A stretch of DNA of 64,000 nucleotides from Phoronis australis (Eukaryota; Animalia; Phoronida). Positions 13,181 to 25,523 of the stretch are shown here, one piece after another. Below the pieces are notes generated by a model. It searched no databases, was not told the DNA's origin, and saw only the letters and a program-made list of their open reading frames with translations. A program made the translations under genes and the position numbers. Location: NCBI GenBank assembly GCA_002633005.1, contig NMRA01000858.1, positions 54,262-118,261 of the forward strand. Reading direction: 5' to 3'. Position 1 is the first letter of the stretch. Each line of letters opens with the position of its first letter.

Positions 13181-13359
13181 TGAGAACGCTTCCATTGTTT
13201 GGCCTAACGATTTTTGTAAACTTTCACAAAATAGTTCATTTATTCTTTGCAAAATCGAAATTAAAGATCATTGTAATTTTTTAGAAATATACACAATATT
13301 TTTTATGGCTTTGAAGAGTTTAATTAACTTCGTATTTTATTGTGCATTGTTATGCCATA

Positions 13360-15123
13360 CACATTGATCAGCTGTTTGCCTCTGCATTCAAGCTGACATT
13401 TTGTATCAATCCTGAATGCACTGCATAATTATACTTCAGGACAAAATAAGTTACGATATAACAAATACAGCCCAAGACATAAGATATAACAGAGTGTCAA
13501 TAAAAGTATGTGTATGCACCTAACATGTGACATGCTCCTAAAATTATCCCCAGAGTCAGACCCTGGTATTTGGGGATTCCTACCTGAGCCCACAGGAAGC
13601 ATGACGTTGAACTTTGATTCCACAAATTTGGTTCATTCACTCTTTATACCTCTGTCAGGTTTTCCCTTTCCTGTGTGCAGCGGATGCACACAGCATTTTT
13701 GGCGACACCTGTGGGGAAATTCTGGCTATGTAGTATAGGGGTTCGCCGTGTGAGTTGCCTCGCAGTGTCGGTAGATACAAAGTGGTGATAACTAGACAGT
13801 TCAGCAGTGAACCTGTCCAAATAAGTCGTGTCGTTGTGCTGAATAAATGGCAACTGATTTTATTCTGCACTCCAAGTCATTTATATACACAATCATTGAC
13901 AAAATAACTATGACACGTGGGCTAATACTAAGGAAATGACTAAACTATAATACAAAACAATTCTTATAAATGATTTGACGTCGTCGACCAAATAAGGCAG
14001 ATTGTTACGTAACCAATTCCGGAGTTGAAGGAACTCTGTAGTAAACAAACTGTCTGTGACGTATGGCTGGACATTTGAGCTGAGACACATCTGGTTCCGG
14101 TCAGTATGAATCAGCTGATGGGCGAAGTGTCAAAACAAATCACGGAAATCCGTGACAACACCAATATAAGCGGAGATTGTATCGATGGTTGGGACAGATA
14201 GAATTGAACTCCTGTATAGCCGAGGTAGATAGGCCACTTCTCGAGAGGATAAGTTCCGCTTCATTTACATCACCTCCCCTCACTTTCAAGCTTCTCAAAT
14301 GTCTCGCGACATCCCTTATACATTGAACAAGCGTTTTCAGAGTTGTTGCTCCTGGCAGTTTGGAAAAAATGCCACATTTGATGGGACTGGCAGGGCCAGA
14401 TAAATTTGCGAACCTGCACTTTAGATCAGCCATCATTGAACCACTTGATGTTCGTGCTTTAGTTTGGTATTCAATTAGACGTACAAATCTAGTTTAATTT
14501 TATATTCAATGTCAACGTTTTGTGCTCTTAAGATTAATTTAAAACATTTAAGCAAATCATTTCTTTTAATTGTTATAATATATTTACGGCAGTTTTACAA
14601 AATTAAAATGCGTATAAACGGCAAACATATAGTGACTGGTTTTACACGACAAAGACCCGAAATTGGGGTTTAAATAGCATAATTCGGAACCTTTTCGCAA
14701 GAATGCTTGAAGGTCTGACAAAATTTTTTTTTGTTTTTATTTCAAGGGCATGGACTCTTCTACATGCCCATGTTTTCTTTTTCAGTTTTCTCGTGGGGGC
14801 AGCTGAGATACAAGGGTATAACCCACTGCTGGTTTTTCACAAGCATGAAAGGTACCTCCACCGAACCATTTTCAGTGTTACCATGGTAGCCGATATTTTA
14901 GTGTCGGTGCCGGTTTTGCTTTCATAAATCATGAAATTGTCACAAGATGTCAAAATTCAGTAAATATCCGGTTTGAAGCAGAAACTGCTGTAGAAAGTGT
15001 AGTCAAAAATGTCTCGTTCCGCACCAAGAAATTGCCGCATTTTGGCTCCCAGAAGGCTACCCTGGTATCTCCAAAACCATAAAACTGTGGCGTCATACTT
15101 CACCCAATTTCTCAAATCCTTAA
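13360..15123 (-). mobile_element. Decayed DNA transposon (Sola-like N-terminal transposase fragment), split by the solo LTR
   Basis: ORF 14436-14163 MMADLKCRF...LILSRSG...ICPNHRYNLRLYW resumes after the LTR as RQKCCVHPLH..KGKPDRGI..*..VMLPVGSG. The non-coding 5' region ends at ccTTAA (~15123). The superfamily call is from recalled motif similarity only. Confidence 0.45.
13710..14157 (-). mobile_element. Solo LTR of the BEL element-3 family
   Basis: Nearly identical to 9577-10047, TG..CA termini, perfect 5-bp TSD ACACC at 13705-13709 and 14158-14162, no internal sequence. Confidence 0.95.
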
Positions 15124-15155
15124 TGTGATTTATTAGACCAAACATTCTGAATGGT

Positions 15156-15720
15156 TTACCCCCCTTGCCGCTTTTTGGCTGTACTAGTCAGTGGATCTGT
15201 GGACTGATACTTAATTATTTCTTGTCCCAGCATAAGATAATTTGTAGTATCTCCTGTATTCCGATTCAATGAACTACATAGAGCACTGGCAATAAAACAT
15301 CGAACCGCCTCTATCAGGGTTCGGTTATTATGATCACACTGTCCATTGGCACTGGGCCTATAAGGCGCAGTACACATCTTATGGATTTTTGTGAATTTAC
15401 ACAACACTGAAATCAGAATACTTTCAAAATTAGAGATTTGATATGTGAATAACTGAATCTGGAAACCAAACCTACTAAAAACTTGGATTAACAGCTACCC
15501 TTGCAGTCTCTATGGCTGACTGGGATTCCATTGGAATACATTGAACCCATTTTGTGAACTGGTCCATAATTGCTAGCACATGCCCATATCCTCTAGGCGT
15601 ACGAGGTAAGGGACCTAAAAAATCCATTTGGACACGCTCCATGGGAACAGAAGCATGATAAATAGTCAGTGGCTTCCCAGGACATCTATTAGGTCCCTTA
15701 CCTCGCCCATGTTGCAAAAT
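15156..15720 (-). mobile_element. Ty3/Gypsy integrase core remnant
   Basis: PMERVQMDFLGPLPRTPRGYGHVLAIMDQFTKWVQCIP...TAPYRPSANGQCDHNNRTL; frameshifted. Confidence 0.88.
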
Positions 15721-16329
15721 ATCACACCATCAGCTGACTGGGCCTGACCGAGAGCTATACAGGGTATTGTGGAGAAAGATCATTATTGAAAGCATGAACG
15801 GACTTCAGCTTGGTTTGTGACGTTATCGTTATTCTGGTAAATTGGTGGCGTTTTGGCTGCCATATGCTTGTCTTTTGGGAATCTAAAGAGGTTCCCACCT
15901 TCCACCTGCCCGGTGTTTGAGCAGTTCGCGCACACTCAGTGATGAACTGTGGCTAAACCACGCCAAGATAGAATAGTCTTTTTCCACCGTGCACAGTGTT
16001 ATTGAATGGTGGTGAACTGCATTGTGTGATTTGATCCATTTCGAGTTCCCTACACCATATCATGGTGTCAGAAGAGGCCAACTGTTTGCAGATTTTTTTA
16101 TTTTTGCGTTTTTAAAATAACTTTTGATACAATTATACAATAATTTGGATAAAATACATACAAATAATAATACATTTTAACATACTTTGTCCTTGCAAAT
16201 TTCACTTTAAATTCACACTGTAAATGACTCCTCTTCGCCAGGAACCTCGCGCTCTGACACTAAAAGCTCTGACTTGCCCGGTTCTTCTTGTTAATGTCTT
16301 GGGATGTGCACAACACCCTTTATTCATTC

Positions 16330-16600
16330 AACCAATGAGCTACACCAAAGAGATTTCGTCATGCACTGTTATGAGTCCACCACGGTTGATTCTATCAGTC
16401 CAAATGGTCGTATACTCTAAAAATGAACTTGCTTTACTATTTTCTTATTACCAAGTCTCCAAAACACTCTTACATTCCCTATGAACAGTGTTCTCACTAC
16501 TCAAAAACCACTTCTTTAAACTAAAAGAGATATACCCGGCCACACAACGTAACGTCATCTCTTCTTCTTTAGTCTTCCTCTTAAGAGCAGATGGCTCTGA
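16330..16600 (-). pseudogene. Degenerate transposon-associated ORF (P-element-like YxAGY / RGGL motifs)
   Basis: Minus-strand translation EEEMTLRCVAGYISFSLKK ... FLEYTTIWTDRINRGGLITVHDE, with stops in between. Confidence 0.4.
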
Positions 16601-17799
16601 TTGCTTTCCCTTGTATTAGTACCTTACACTGGCCAATGTTTCTAAACATTTGGCGCACAAGTCTTAAAGCAACAGGTTGTTGTCTAGCAATACCTTATTC
16701 TTCGACATGAGTTCCCTATACTTTGAATACAACACTTTGAAAGTGCGAAACTCGTGGACCTTGGTGAACATTTTCACTTTTTTATATGCACTTAAGTGTT
16801 CTGCCGTCACAGCACTCTAACATTAACCATAGTTCTGTCCACAAAATTGCAGATGTCCCCCTGTTTCAAGGTGGCCGTTGCCTTTCGAACGTCTTGACCG
16901 CGAGCCCTGGAAAGGTTCACGGATCACTTATCACCTTATCTAACGCTTTGTGTGGCAACTGTAATGCTTTCAATGAAATGTTTTCTCTTGTCAATAGTCA
17001 TGAACTCTGTCTACCCTCTGCTAAATTTCACAAACCCAAGCATTAATACAAAGTCTTTGCTACAATGGCTGTTGAGCTGCATTGTACGAAAATATGATTC
17101 GTCTTGAACCACCATCTCTGCATAACACCCTTGGCAACAATAGCTAGTAGTAAATAACTGGCATAAAAATGATCCAACTTAATCTGCATAGAGTTAAAAA
17201 ATGCTTCATCAAAATACACACATTCCAAGTGAAAATCATTTCTTGCTAAGACGTAGAAGTCACGCCATGCTTCACCTGTAATGCCGAATTAACCAATACA
17301 TGGCTCATAATACTCGTTCTCAGTTCGAAACCATTTTCAGCGGCTTTCAAATAGCCTGCCTCTGTCACACTATCCTTCTTTTGTACCCTTTACTTCAAGT
17401 AGTCTCCAATTGAGGTTGGAATCGGAGTCGTAGATGTGCTGGTCAGGACTGCATCCTAATTGAGGGTTTAGTACAAAACCAACTTCATGTATGTCATTGT
17501 CAAAATCAGTGGAATATTTGGCAGCAGGAACAGCTTTGTTGTCAATGCAAAATTGAATTGCCTCTAAAACAACAGCCTTCTTTCAAAAGGTCCACTGCTG
17601 GCACTTTAAAGTGACCTCCCTTTGATGTTATTGCTTTGAAATTGGAGGCTGTTATTCGATGTCTTCTTAAGTGATACCACTCTTGGCATTATTTTGTGCC
17701 ATGGTGTCTTTCGTACTGTTGCAATTCAATTAAAAACGTTTCTTTGGATCTTTAGATAATTTGTTAATCAGCAGGAAGTGAACGTGGATAAAAATTTAA

Positions 17800-18200
17800 G
17801 ATTAGCACGTGCAAACTGAAGGCTGGAGGGGTCTCTGGCCCAATAAAACTCGAAGTTCATCAGGCTCTTCTTGATAGGACATCATAAACCGCTTTGGTAC
17901 TTGACCAAATTTACTGTCTACCAAGTTTATGTCTTCCATCAGACTCCACTGATGCACTGATTGTGGTGGTGTAGTTTGTGTTTTAAATACTGGCAACATT
18001 TGCTGAACTGTGTGCTGGACTTCACTGAGTGGCATTGGTATTGGGCTCCACATGTTCTGACTCCATCTTCATAACGGTCTTTCTTGGGGAGTGGGTCTGC
18101 ATCAGATGGGACTACTGGTTTTATGACCGTCACGTCAGTCACAGGGCGAGTTGCAAAGCCATGTATATGTGGAAGGACATGTCATTGAGGGAGATGTTGA
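17800..18200 (-). pseudogene. Degenerate ORF resembling invertebrate transposon proteins of the YqaJ-like nuclease type
   Basis: Fragments PVTDVTVIKP...DGVRT and LVDSKFGQVPK..MMSYQ. Recalled motif similarity only; the nuclease domain itself was not seen. Confidence 0.25.
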
Positions 18201-18729
18201 TGAAACAATTTCAGACGCCTTGTTTATCTGCAGTTGCTGAAAATGGCTCAGCTGGTACTCTGCTGGTCTTAAGACTGAGATGTTGGTTCGATCATTTGCA
18301 CCCGCACCATTGAGGAAGCTCCAGCATTGTTAGAATGTCTGCAAAATGTTTTGCAAGCATTGTCCTTTGGGGTGCTTTAAGTAGCTGGGTTTAAAACGGC
18401 CACAATGATGGCAGACGTCTCCTTTAAAATGAGGCACACACTTGGTTTGGAATACAACAGGCTAACACAACGGAACGGCGAACCATTCGCCAAGACCCCA
18501 AGTGTCAGTCACACCCGTTCTTACATCAAAATGCACCTGAAATACAAGTTGAAATGAGAGTGTATGGTTTTTTCAGTACAATATTTCAGTACTTACACAT
18601 TTTAGAAGATGAGTGATTTTTGTGAATAAAAAGTGTTCACTTGAAATTCAATAAGTTTTAAACTATTTAAGATGCCATTTTCTGTCTTGAAGACAAGTTG
18701 TTAAAAACGTCCCTGGTGGGAATTTGTGA

Positions 18730-20396
18730 TTATAGGAAAGCGAACGACGAAGTTAGATACATAGGTGGAATGTGAAGACTTTTCATGCACACAATATGAG
18801 CATTCACAAGAGATAAATTTGCAATAAACCATAAAATGTACCACCAATATTTTTTACTGTCCCTTCCCACTGGGTAATACGATCTCAACTGATGTGACTT
18901 GTCAACACCACCCATGTATGCATTGTACTGAAGGTTGACTGTTGGTTTACCTTCACCAACGAAAAGACTGTGAATGGAAGACAGGAAGGTAAGATGACGT
19001 TTGTCCTTATAACTTGTAGCAACCATCTCGCCTTTCTGTTGGTGGAGTGTATCACCCACTTTCTTTAGTTTTGTTTTCTTTATTTTGTCTGGTAGGCCTT
19101 TGCGGTTGGCCATTATTGTTGAGCAACAATACGTATCTACCAGCTTCAAGTGTTCGGGCAAGATTACTGACGAAAAGAAGCGGTCAAAATACAAATGGTG
19201 ATGCTTGTTGTGATACGGAGATGACAAGTCCCATATAACATCATATCCCAGACCATGTTGTCGCTGACCCGTCGCATTTTCTGCCAGTGTAAACGGAAAA
19301 GTTGCAGCAATACCCAGACGTACTTTCGCAACACTCCCACACCACGATACCCCACTTTGTGGGCTTAGCAGGCATATATTGTCTAAAGAACAATCGTCCT
19401 TTAAAACCAATCATAGCTTTGTCAATACTGAGCTGTTGCTCAGGGTAATAATTTGCTAAAAATGCTGTTCCAACCATGTCCAACATTGGTCTCACCTTAT
19501 AAAGTGGATCGTATGCAGGGTCATCACGACCAGGGGTGTTGGAAGTATCTCGGATATGTAGATACTGGCTGAGCTTCAAAAATCTTGTTTTGGGCATTAC
19601 TGAGCTAATATATGAGTCCGATGGCTTCGGGTCAGTGCTCCACTAGCACCATAACCTTGGCAACTGTTTTATGCTCATCAAAATGTTTATACCGAAAAAC
19701 GTACGTATTTCATCGGCACTGGTTGGTCACCATATTGAGTCAGGACCGTTCACGGCTTGTTGCTGATCTGCGTACTGGTTCATTTCCTGGGCAACGCTCT
19801 CAAAAAACGCAGGAGGCAATAACAAACTTATGTAGTCTAAAGGCCTGGCATTAGCAGGCAATGTGTGTTTCGGTCCAGAAACTTCCGTAAAACTTGGCAA
19901 AACAAACAAAGTTTTCTAACGTTTCACTCCATTGTGCATTCAAGGCGTTCAAGTCCTCATCCTCAGAGTCAGGATCGACGGCCGAACTTTCGTCGCTGCT
20001 CACATCCGAAACATCGATGTCGGATTCGTTAACATCCCCACTTCTTCCAGCAGCTCTCTGAATAGCTTCTTGGATTTCTGCCACGGTAAAACCATCGAAA
20101 TCTGTGTCGTTATCACTGTTGTCCATTTCGCCGAAACAGGAAGTTCGATTGAAAAACTTTGGACGCAAAAAAATTGTAGAAACTGATAAATCTCACTATA
20201 ACTTGTAACTAGAAATGCTAATGGTTGCTCAGGAGTTTTTTGATCATTCACGGTGTTTCTCACAATAACTAAGCGAGATTTGTCTCTTCTATGGATACAG
20301 TCTTTGAGATAGTTTACTCGGGCCGTCTACGGCTATTGTGAACATATGAAGCCGATTTTTCCGCGGCCGTCTGAGGCCGCTATGAATGCTAAAGGG
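18730..20396 (-). mobile_element. piggyBac (PGBD4-like) transposon with decayed transposase; one terminus retained
   Basis: TTAA (20397-20400) followed by CCCT terminus on the minus strand. Transposase from ATG 20126 (acidic N-terminus MDNSDNDTDFDGF): DPLYKVRP, LSIDKAMIGFKGR...YMPAKPTKWG, LYFDRFFSSV, YNAYMGGVDKSHQLRSYY. Several stops and frameshifts; no second TIR found. Confidence 0.92.
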
Positions 20397-20719
20397 TTAA
20401 GTTGGACTCGTTGATCATTTTGAATGGAACAGCCAGCCGAACTTCGTCAGGACTTGCCAGTCAGTCATACTCAACCGAAAAATGGCACTTGTATTCGGCC
20501 CTCCCGATGCTCGCTAATTCTTGTCAGAGCCCATTGCCCGTTTTCGTCCACGACTTGATACCACAAGTATATATAACACACTGTTAACAGTCCTGTTTGG
20601 AAAAGGATACAAAATATCCAGTCTCACACTAAAACCTGTCACACTGCTATAATATAATTCTACTGATGACTGAAACTAATCATAATACGCATTAATTAAA
20701 TGTTCAGTCTGTCTGGTTG

Positions 20720-21000
20720 GATTTATTTTCTTCTGGATGGTGAACTTTGGCATGCTGCGGTGACTGCGTGTTCTCCTTACACGCCTTGGATTGCCGAACA
20801 CAATGCTCAATGTCCACATCGATAGATGGCCACCAAATAAAGAAAGTGCCAAGTTCTTCATTCTGACGATACTAGAGTGTGAACCATGTAGTTCATCTAA
20901 TGCGGCGGTACGCTCTTGAGGAGGTATGATAACACGAGCTCACATAACAACCATCCGTCCTGCATTGTTAGTTCATGTTGGCGGGACAAATATTAGGCAG
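20720..21000 (-). mobile_element. Ty3/Gypsy integrase zinc-binding (H2C2) remnant
   Basis: RVIIPPQERTAALDELHGSHSSIVRMKNLA / IWWPSIDVDIEHCVRQSKAC across a frameshift. Confidence 0.75.
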
Positions 21001-21094
21001 TCAAATCGTTTTGAATGTTCAAACGCGTCGGCTTCACATTTACCCCAGCGCCATTTGACACCGTTACGTAACGAATGGAACGTGGGTTATTTCA

Positions 21095-22136
21095 TTTTTA
21101 TGCGCCCACATATTTATATGTGGACGCATTATGTCGTCATCTCCGTCTGTCCGTATGGGCCTGCATCCGTCCGTACGGGCCTGCGTCCGTCCGGTGTCCG
21201 CTGCTCTATCTCCAAAACCCTTTGACATACGTTCATGAAATTTGGCACATATGTTCCATTCATGAATGGGACGGCATGTGCGAACTTTCTGACGGATCCG
21301 ACTACTGGTGTGCCCCTTAGTGGCAATTTTATTTTTGTTACTCTTACCTTTGTATCTTCAAAAGTCCTGAACGGATTTTCATGAAATTTGGTATGTAGGC
21401 ACCTATTAGTGTGATGACGCTATCCTCCTGTTTTCGTATGGATTCAACCTAGTTTGCGACACCCAGTGGCCATTTTTACTGTTTTTGAGTCTGTTTTTTT
21501 AGCGTCCACCCCTCTATCAACCAAACCGCTCTAAGTATGATTGTGAAAATTGGCATGTATGTTCTTACTATGAAGAGGACTGTTGACGCTGAATTTCCCA
21601 TGACTTTGATTACTGTGGTGCCTCCTTGTGGCAGTTTTTTTTTGCCCATGGCTATATCTCCGAAACCGTTTGCAGGATCTTTACTAAATTTAGCAAGTGT
21701 ATTTATGTGATGTTGACAACGGACGATGACGACTTTAGGATGATTCTGACTACCGGTATGCCTCTAGTGGCAATTTAAGTATTTTACATTGACCTCTGTA
21801 TTTTCATAGGTCTTAAGGTGTATACTTTGTGTTACTTCGTGACTATGAAGGAAAAGTTCCAAGTAGAAATTTGTTTCTGGCATTCTAATGTTGTGCTAAT
21901 CTCGTATCTGTGGTGCTTTAAGCAACTGATGTATAGGATGTGCTTGTATTATGAAGATCACTCACATTTTGCCCCTAGCCTATTGAGGAGACAATGACCA
22001 TGCCTTTCCATTCAAGTACAACATACTACATATATACCCTCTACTGGCCACTTTATGGTACCAATAAACAACCCTAGAAGGAGACCCTATACGGTGCAAT
22101 TGTGGGCGCATTTCAAGGCTCTGCCTTGCTCTTGTT
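21095..22136 (+). mobile_element. Second Helentron/DINE-1-like element (same family as 11627-13180, fewer internal repeats)
   Basis: Same 5' hairpin, CCGT microsatellite, repeat units and 3' end tgtgggcgcat-ttcaaggctctgccttg-ctcttgtt. Confidence 0.8.
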
Positions 22137-23019
22137 GAAGACATTTGGCACTTCAAAACAGGAACTTAGATAGTTTTGGTATCCAAAAATTGCAGTCTTT
22201 ATACATCCAAAGTGAAGCCAAATCGATGAAATTGCAGTGCCGTGTCCCACCTTAAGTAGTATGGGAACAGGGCATGTACCTTTAAACAAATTGGCACCCA
22301 TAGAATAAAACAGATGGAGGGTATAAATCCAGGTAAACACAACTAAAAACTAAGTTCCCAGTAAAGTCTTATCAATGTAGGCCCAGTGTAGCGCACGAGC
22401 GTCATTTTACTTCCCTTGTTTACATAAAAGATACATTACTTCGAACCAATAAATTTCAATGTTATAATAATAACAGCTACAGGTAGTACAAAAGTATCAG
22501 AAGATATTTCCTTAAAATTGTGAGTGGTCACAACTTAACGACAATTCCATGTAACATACTAGTGAAACACGCTGTGACAAAAAGAGTGGATTCATTTAAA
22601 GTCGCTTCTCCTTCACTACAGTGTTCCGTCTGGATTTTATTCTTTTGCAGTTGTCTTATATCAACACACTGCACCATGACGTTCACTGTCCGAACTTCGT
22701 TCAGCGTGGTTTTCAATCAGTTTTCTTGATCCGCAGCCATTATGCTGGAAAATCATAAAAAGCATCCCACACGAGGATGGCACACACTTTAGTAAGCCCC
22801 CTCCCCTATATTAAATCAAAGTCGTCAACTTTATGAAGGATAAAAAATCATGTTTGCAATGCTAAATATAATCGATGCTTATAATGTACTATGTTGCATA
22901 GTTAAGGTGGGAATGCTAGCTTATCTGAGATATTAAAATAGATTTATTTCAACAAAACATAGACTAGGCATATGCTTTCAATGTAACCACTGGTTGTTTT
23001 TTTGTTGAAATTGGGTCAT

Positions 23020-24400
23020 TTAGTAATGTGTGTGTGTGTGTGTCACATGAAGGTCTGTATTGCTGATGTCGAGAAGGTTGAAAAATTCATCTGTGCTTAC
23101 TGCAACACCGACCGAGACATGACAAAAGACCTTATGCATGAGGGGGAGTTCCCCGGGACCCTTAACATGGTATGCAGACCTTGGTTCTGCCTCAGCTGGA
23201 GTCAATTTCGGACACTCGTGCTTGAGGTACTCAAATGTAGCGGCGTCTGCGCAGCTGATGCACAGCATACCTTTGTTTAGACGAGCTGACTCAACACGAC
23301 AGGGATGTCGGCTTTTCAGGATAGCCGCCTTAAGTCCTTTATTGAGGCAAGTAACCTTATCCTTGGTGAGAGGAGGCTCCCCAGTCTTTGAAGCACCAAA
23401 GATGGTAACATCCTTCTTTGCCGCATCGACATAGGAAGTGTCCATCCTCCCCACCTTAGGTGGCAGAGAGTGACTTGACCCTGGGGTGGAGCCATCAGAC
23501 CCCTTAGGGCGCTTGGTGCCCTTCGAATGCCCAGGTGTCTTAAGCTCCAGATTTTAGAGCTTCTTTTGAAGGCTTTGTCGTTTCTACTTTTCCTTTAATT
23601 TCTCCTTTTTGGAGAGAATAGGCGTGAAGCCGTCAGCAACAGATGACACTCTGTTCAGTCTCAAGAGAGCGTCTGAGTGCTCATGAACACGAACATTCGC
23701 AGCCGAAGCCACATGGAATCGTGCTTGGGTCAGGTCTGTTGAACCTCGACCAGTAGGGACAGAAGACTGCTGATGATTCATGTGTCAAGACACATGCAAG
23801 TCCGTCTCTGGGTTCACCTCATATATGAGGGGGCAACAAGGCCTGACCACTAGGTCTTCCTGCATCACGAACTTATAGGACCCAACTCTAGGTTTGACTG
23901 CTCCGTCTACCTCCTGCCAGTTCCCTCAAGAGGAGGTCGAACTCCCAGAGTCAGAGTCCACCATCACAAATGAGTTATCCCAGGTTTGGTATGTCTACCT
24001 CCAATGCCAGACCCTCGTTACCTCCCAGGGTTAACCATGCAGAGGTTAGTCCCCTTGTCCAACAGACGCTACTCTGTGCACTGCAGCTAACCTCAGAAGT
24101 GCTATCCAACAAAATTCTGTGTTGTCTGCTGCCAGCCGCAACTGGTTCAAGACTCAAAAGCAATCAAGGCCATGCTGTCCTCAAGGGTTTCTGTATCACC
24201 AAGTCAGAGACAAGTACTAGGTGCCCTAGAATGTACCACAGGATTCGATGTCTACCAGACTCGCAGGTGCCCACAGCTTCTTATTTAAGGCTATGGAATG
24301 TTTCCGACTTAATCATCACCATCCCGCGGGGTGTGTTTGGTATGATCTATACCTTTCCACCTGCCCAGCATGGGTAACCCTTTTGGAAGTATGAAACTCC
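23020..24400 (-). mobile_element. Non-LTR retrotransposon ORF1 (gag-like, DUF4780-like) remnant
   Basis: Low-complexity basic N-terminal pieces, then TSYVDAAKK...LNKGMLCISCADAATFEYLK...AYHVKGPGELP; truncated at a (TG)n run near 23030-23043. Confidence 0.4.
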
Positions 24401-24469
24401 CGCTGGTATATCTCTAGAGGACACAGAGATACACAAGCAGTTCCGCTACAAGGCACATGCCCCCAGAAC

Positions 24470-24552
24470 AGTGATATAGGAATTCCTATTGGAATCTTGA
24501 TCCTTTAGGAAGTCCTATAAGAAATCATTAATCCTATAGGAATTCCTATAGA
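24470..24552. repeat. Cluster of short palindromic tcctatagga-type repeats (probable DNA-transposon subterminal region)
   Basis: ataggaattcctattgg, tcctttagga, tcctataaga and tcctataggaattcctataga within ~80 bp. Confidence 0.5.
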
Positions 24553-25293
24553 ATTATTGAGCATGTCTTGAGGTTTGGAAAGAGCTATTCTTCAACTATC
24601 TTTCATTACATTACAATTACCGATCACTGTTTTGAGACAGCCAAAATGTTCTGTAAACATCTCTTGTGATCAACATACTCATTACTTCATCCATCAGTTC
24701 TGTGTTATTGAGCACTGTTGGCTCAGTTTGATCTGCATGTCTCTGCCACACAGAACTATCTACAGACACTCAAACCTTGTACAACAGAGGTCCTGTCAGT
24801 ATATCCATTATATCAAGAATTCATTGTTGGTTTTCTCATCACTCTAGAATCTAATCATAACTGTTTGCCCACCTGGAACTCATGCACAGTGGATCAGTAG
24901 TACGAAATCACATCAGGTTCTGTTCATCTTGGCCAACCTTTTTGTTCAGGCTTGGTTTCAAGAGATCCAAACTTGTGTCGGGAGAACAGACTTGCTGATA
25001 TATTTCCTCTACTGTGATGTTGTGGTGTTAATCAAAAATTACTTTTTATTGAAGGCACATCTACCAGGTCTAGTGTTAATTCAAAGGAAATCAAATCTCA
25101 GATGCAGGATAGAATAATTTATGAGATGGCAGATGTTTACCTGTTTAATGAATTTGTTTTCTGTAATTTGTCTAATTGTCTTAAGGTGTACTGACTTCAT
25201 TGTTACATTGAAATTTTCAAGAGTTAGTCATTCTACTAACTATAATGGCTGTTACTGCAGTGAAATTCTCCCCCTCCCAAAAAGGGGAAAAGA

Positions 25294-25523
25294 AACGTAA
25301 ATAGCAAGGTACACAAGGCAATATCTACCATTACAAAGTAACGTAAATAGCAAGGTACACAAGGCAATATCTACCATTACAAAGTAACGTAAATAGCAAG
25401 GTACACAAGGCAATATCTACCATTACAAAGTAACGTAAATAGCAAGGTACACAAGGCAACATCTACCATTACAAAGTAACGTAAATAGCAAGGTACACAA
25501 GGCAATATCTACCATTACAAAGT
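25294..25523 (+). repeat. Minisatellite, 5 x 46 bp
   Basis: Unit aacgtaaatagcaaggtacacaaggcaatatctaccattacaaagt at 25294, 25340, 25386, 25432 and 25478; one substitution in copy 4; no spacers. Confidence 0.95.

Noticed and set aside
9577-14157. One full LTR element bounded by the two matching LTRs
   Set aside because: The 13710-14157 LTR has its own TSD on both sides, and the 9577 LTR is followed by a PBS and gag pointing away from it.
25294-25523. CRISPR-like array
   Set aside because: The units are contiguous near-identical 46-mers with no unique spacers, in a eukaryotic context with no cas genes.
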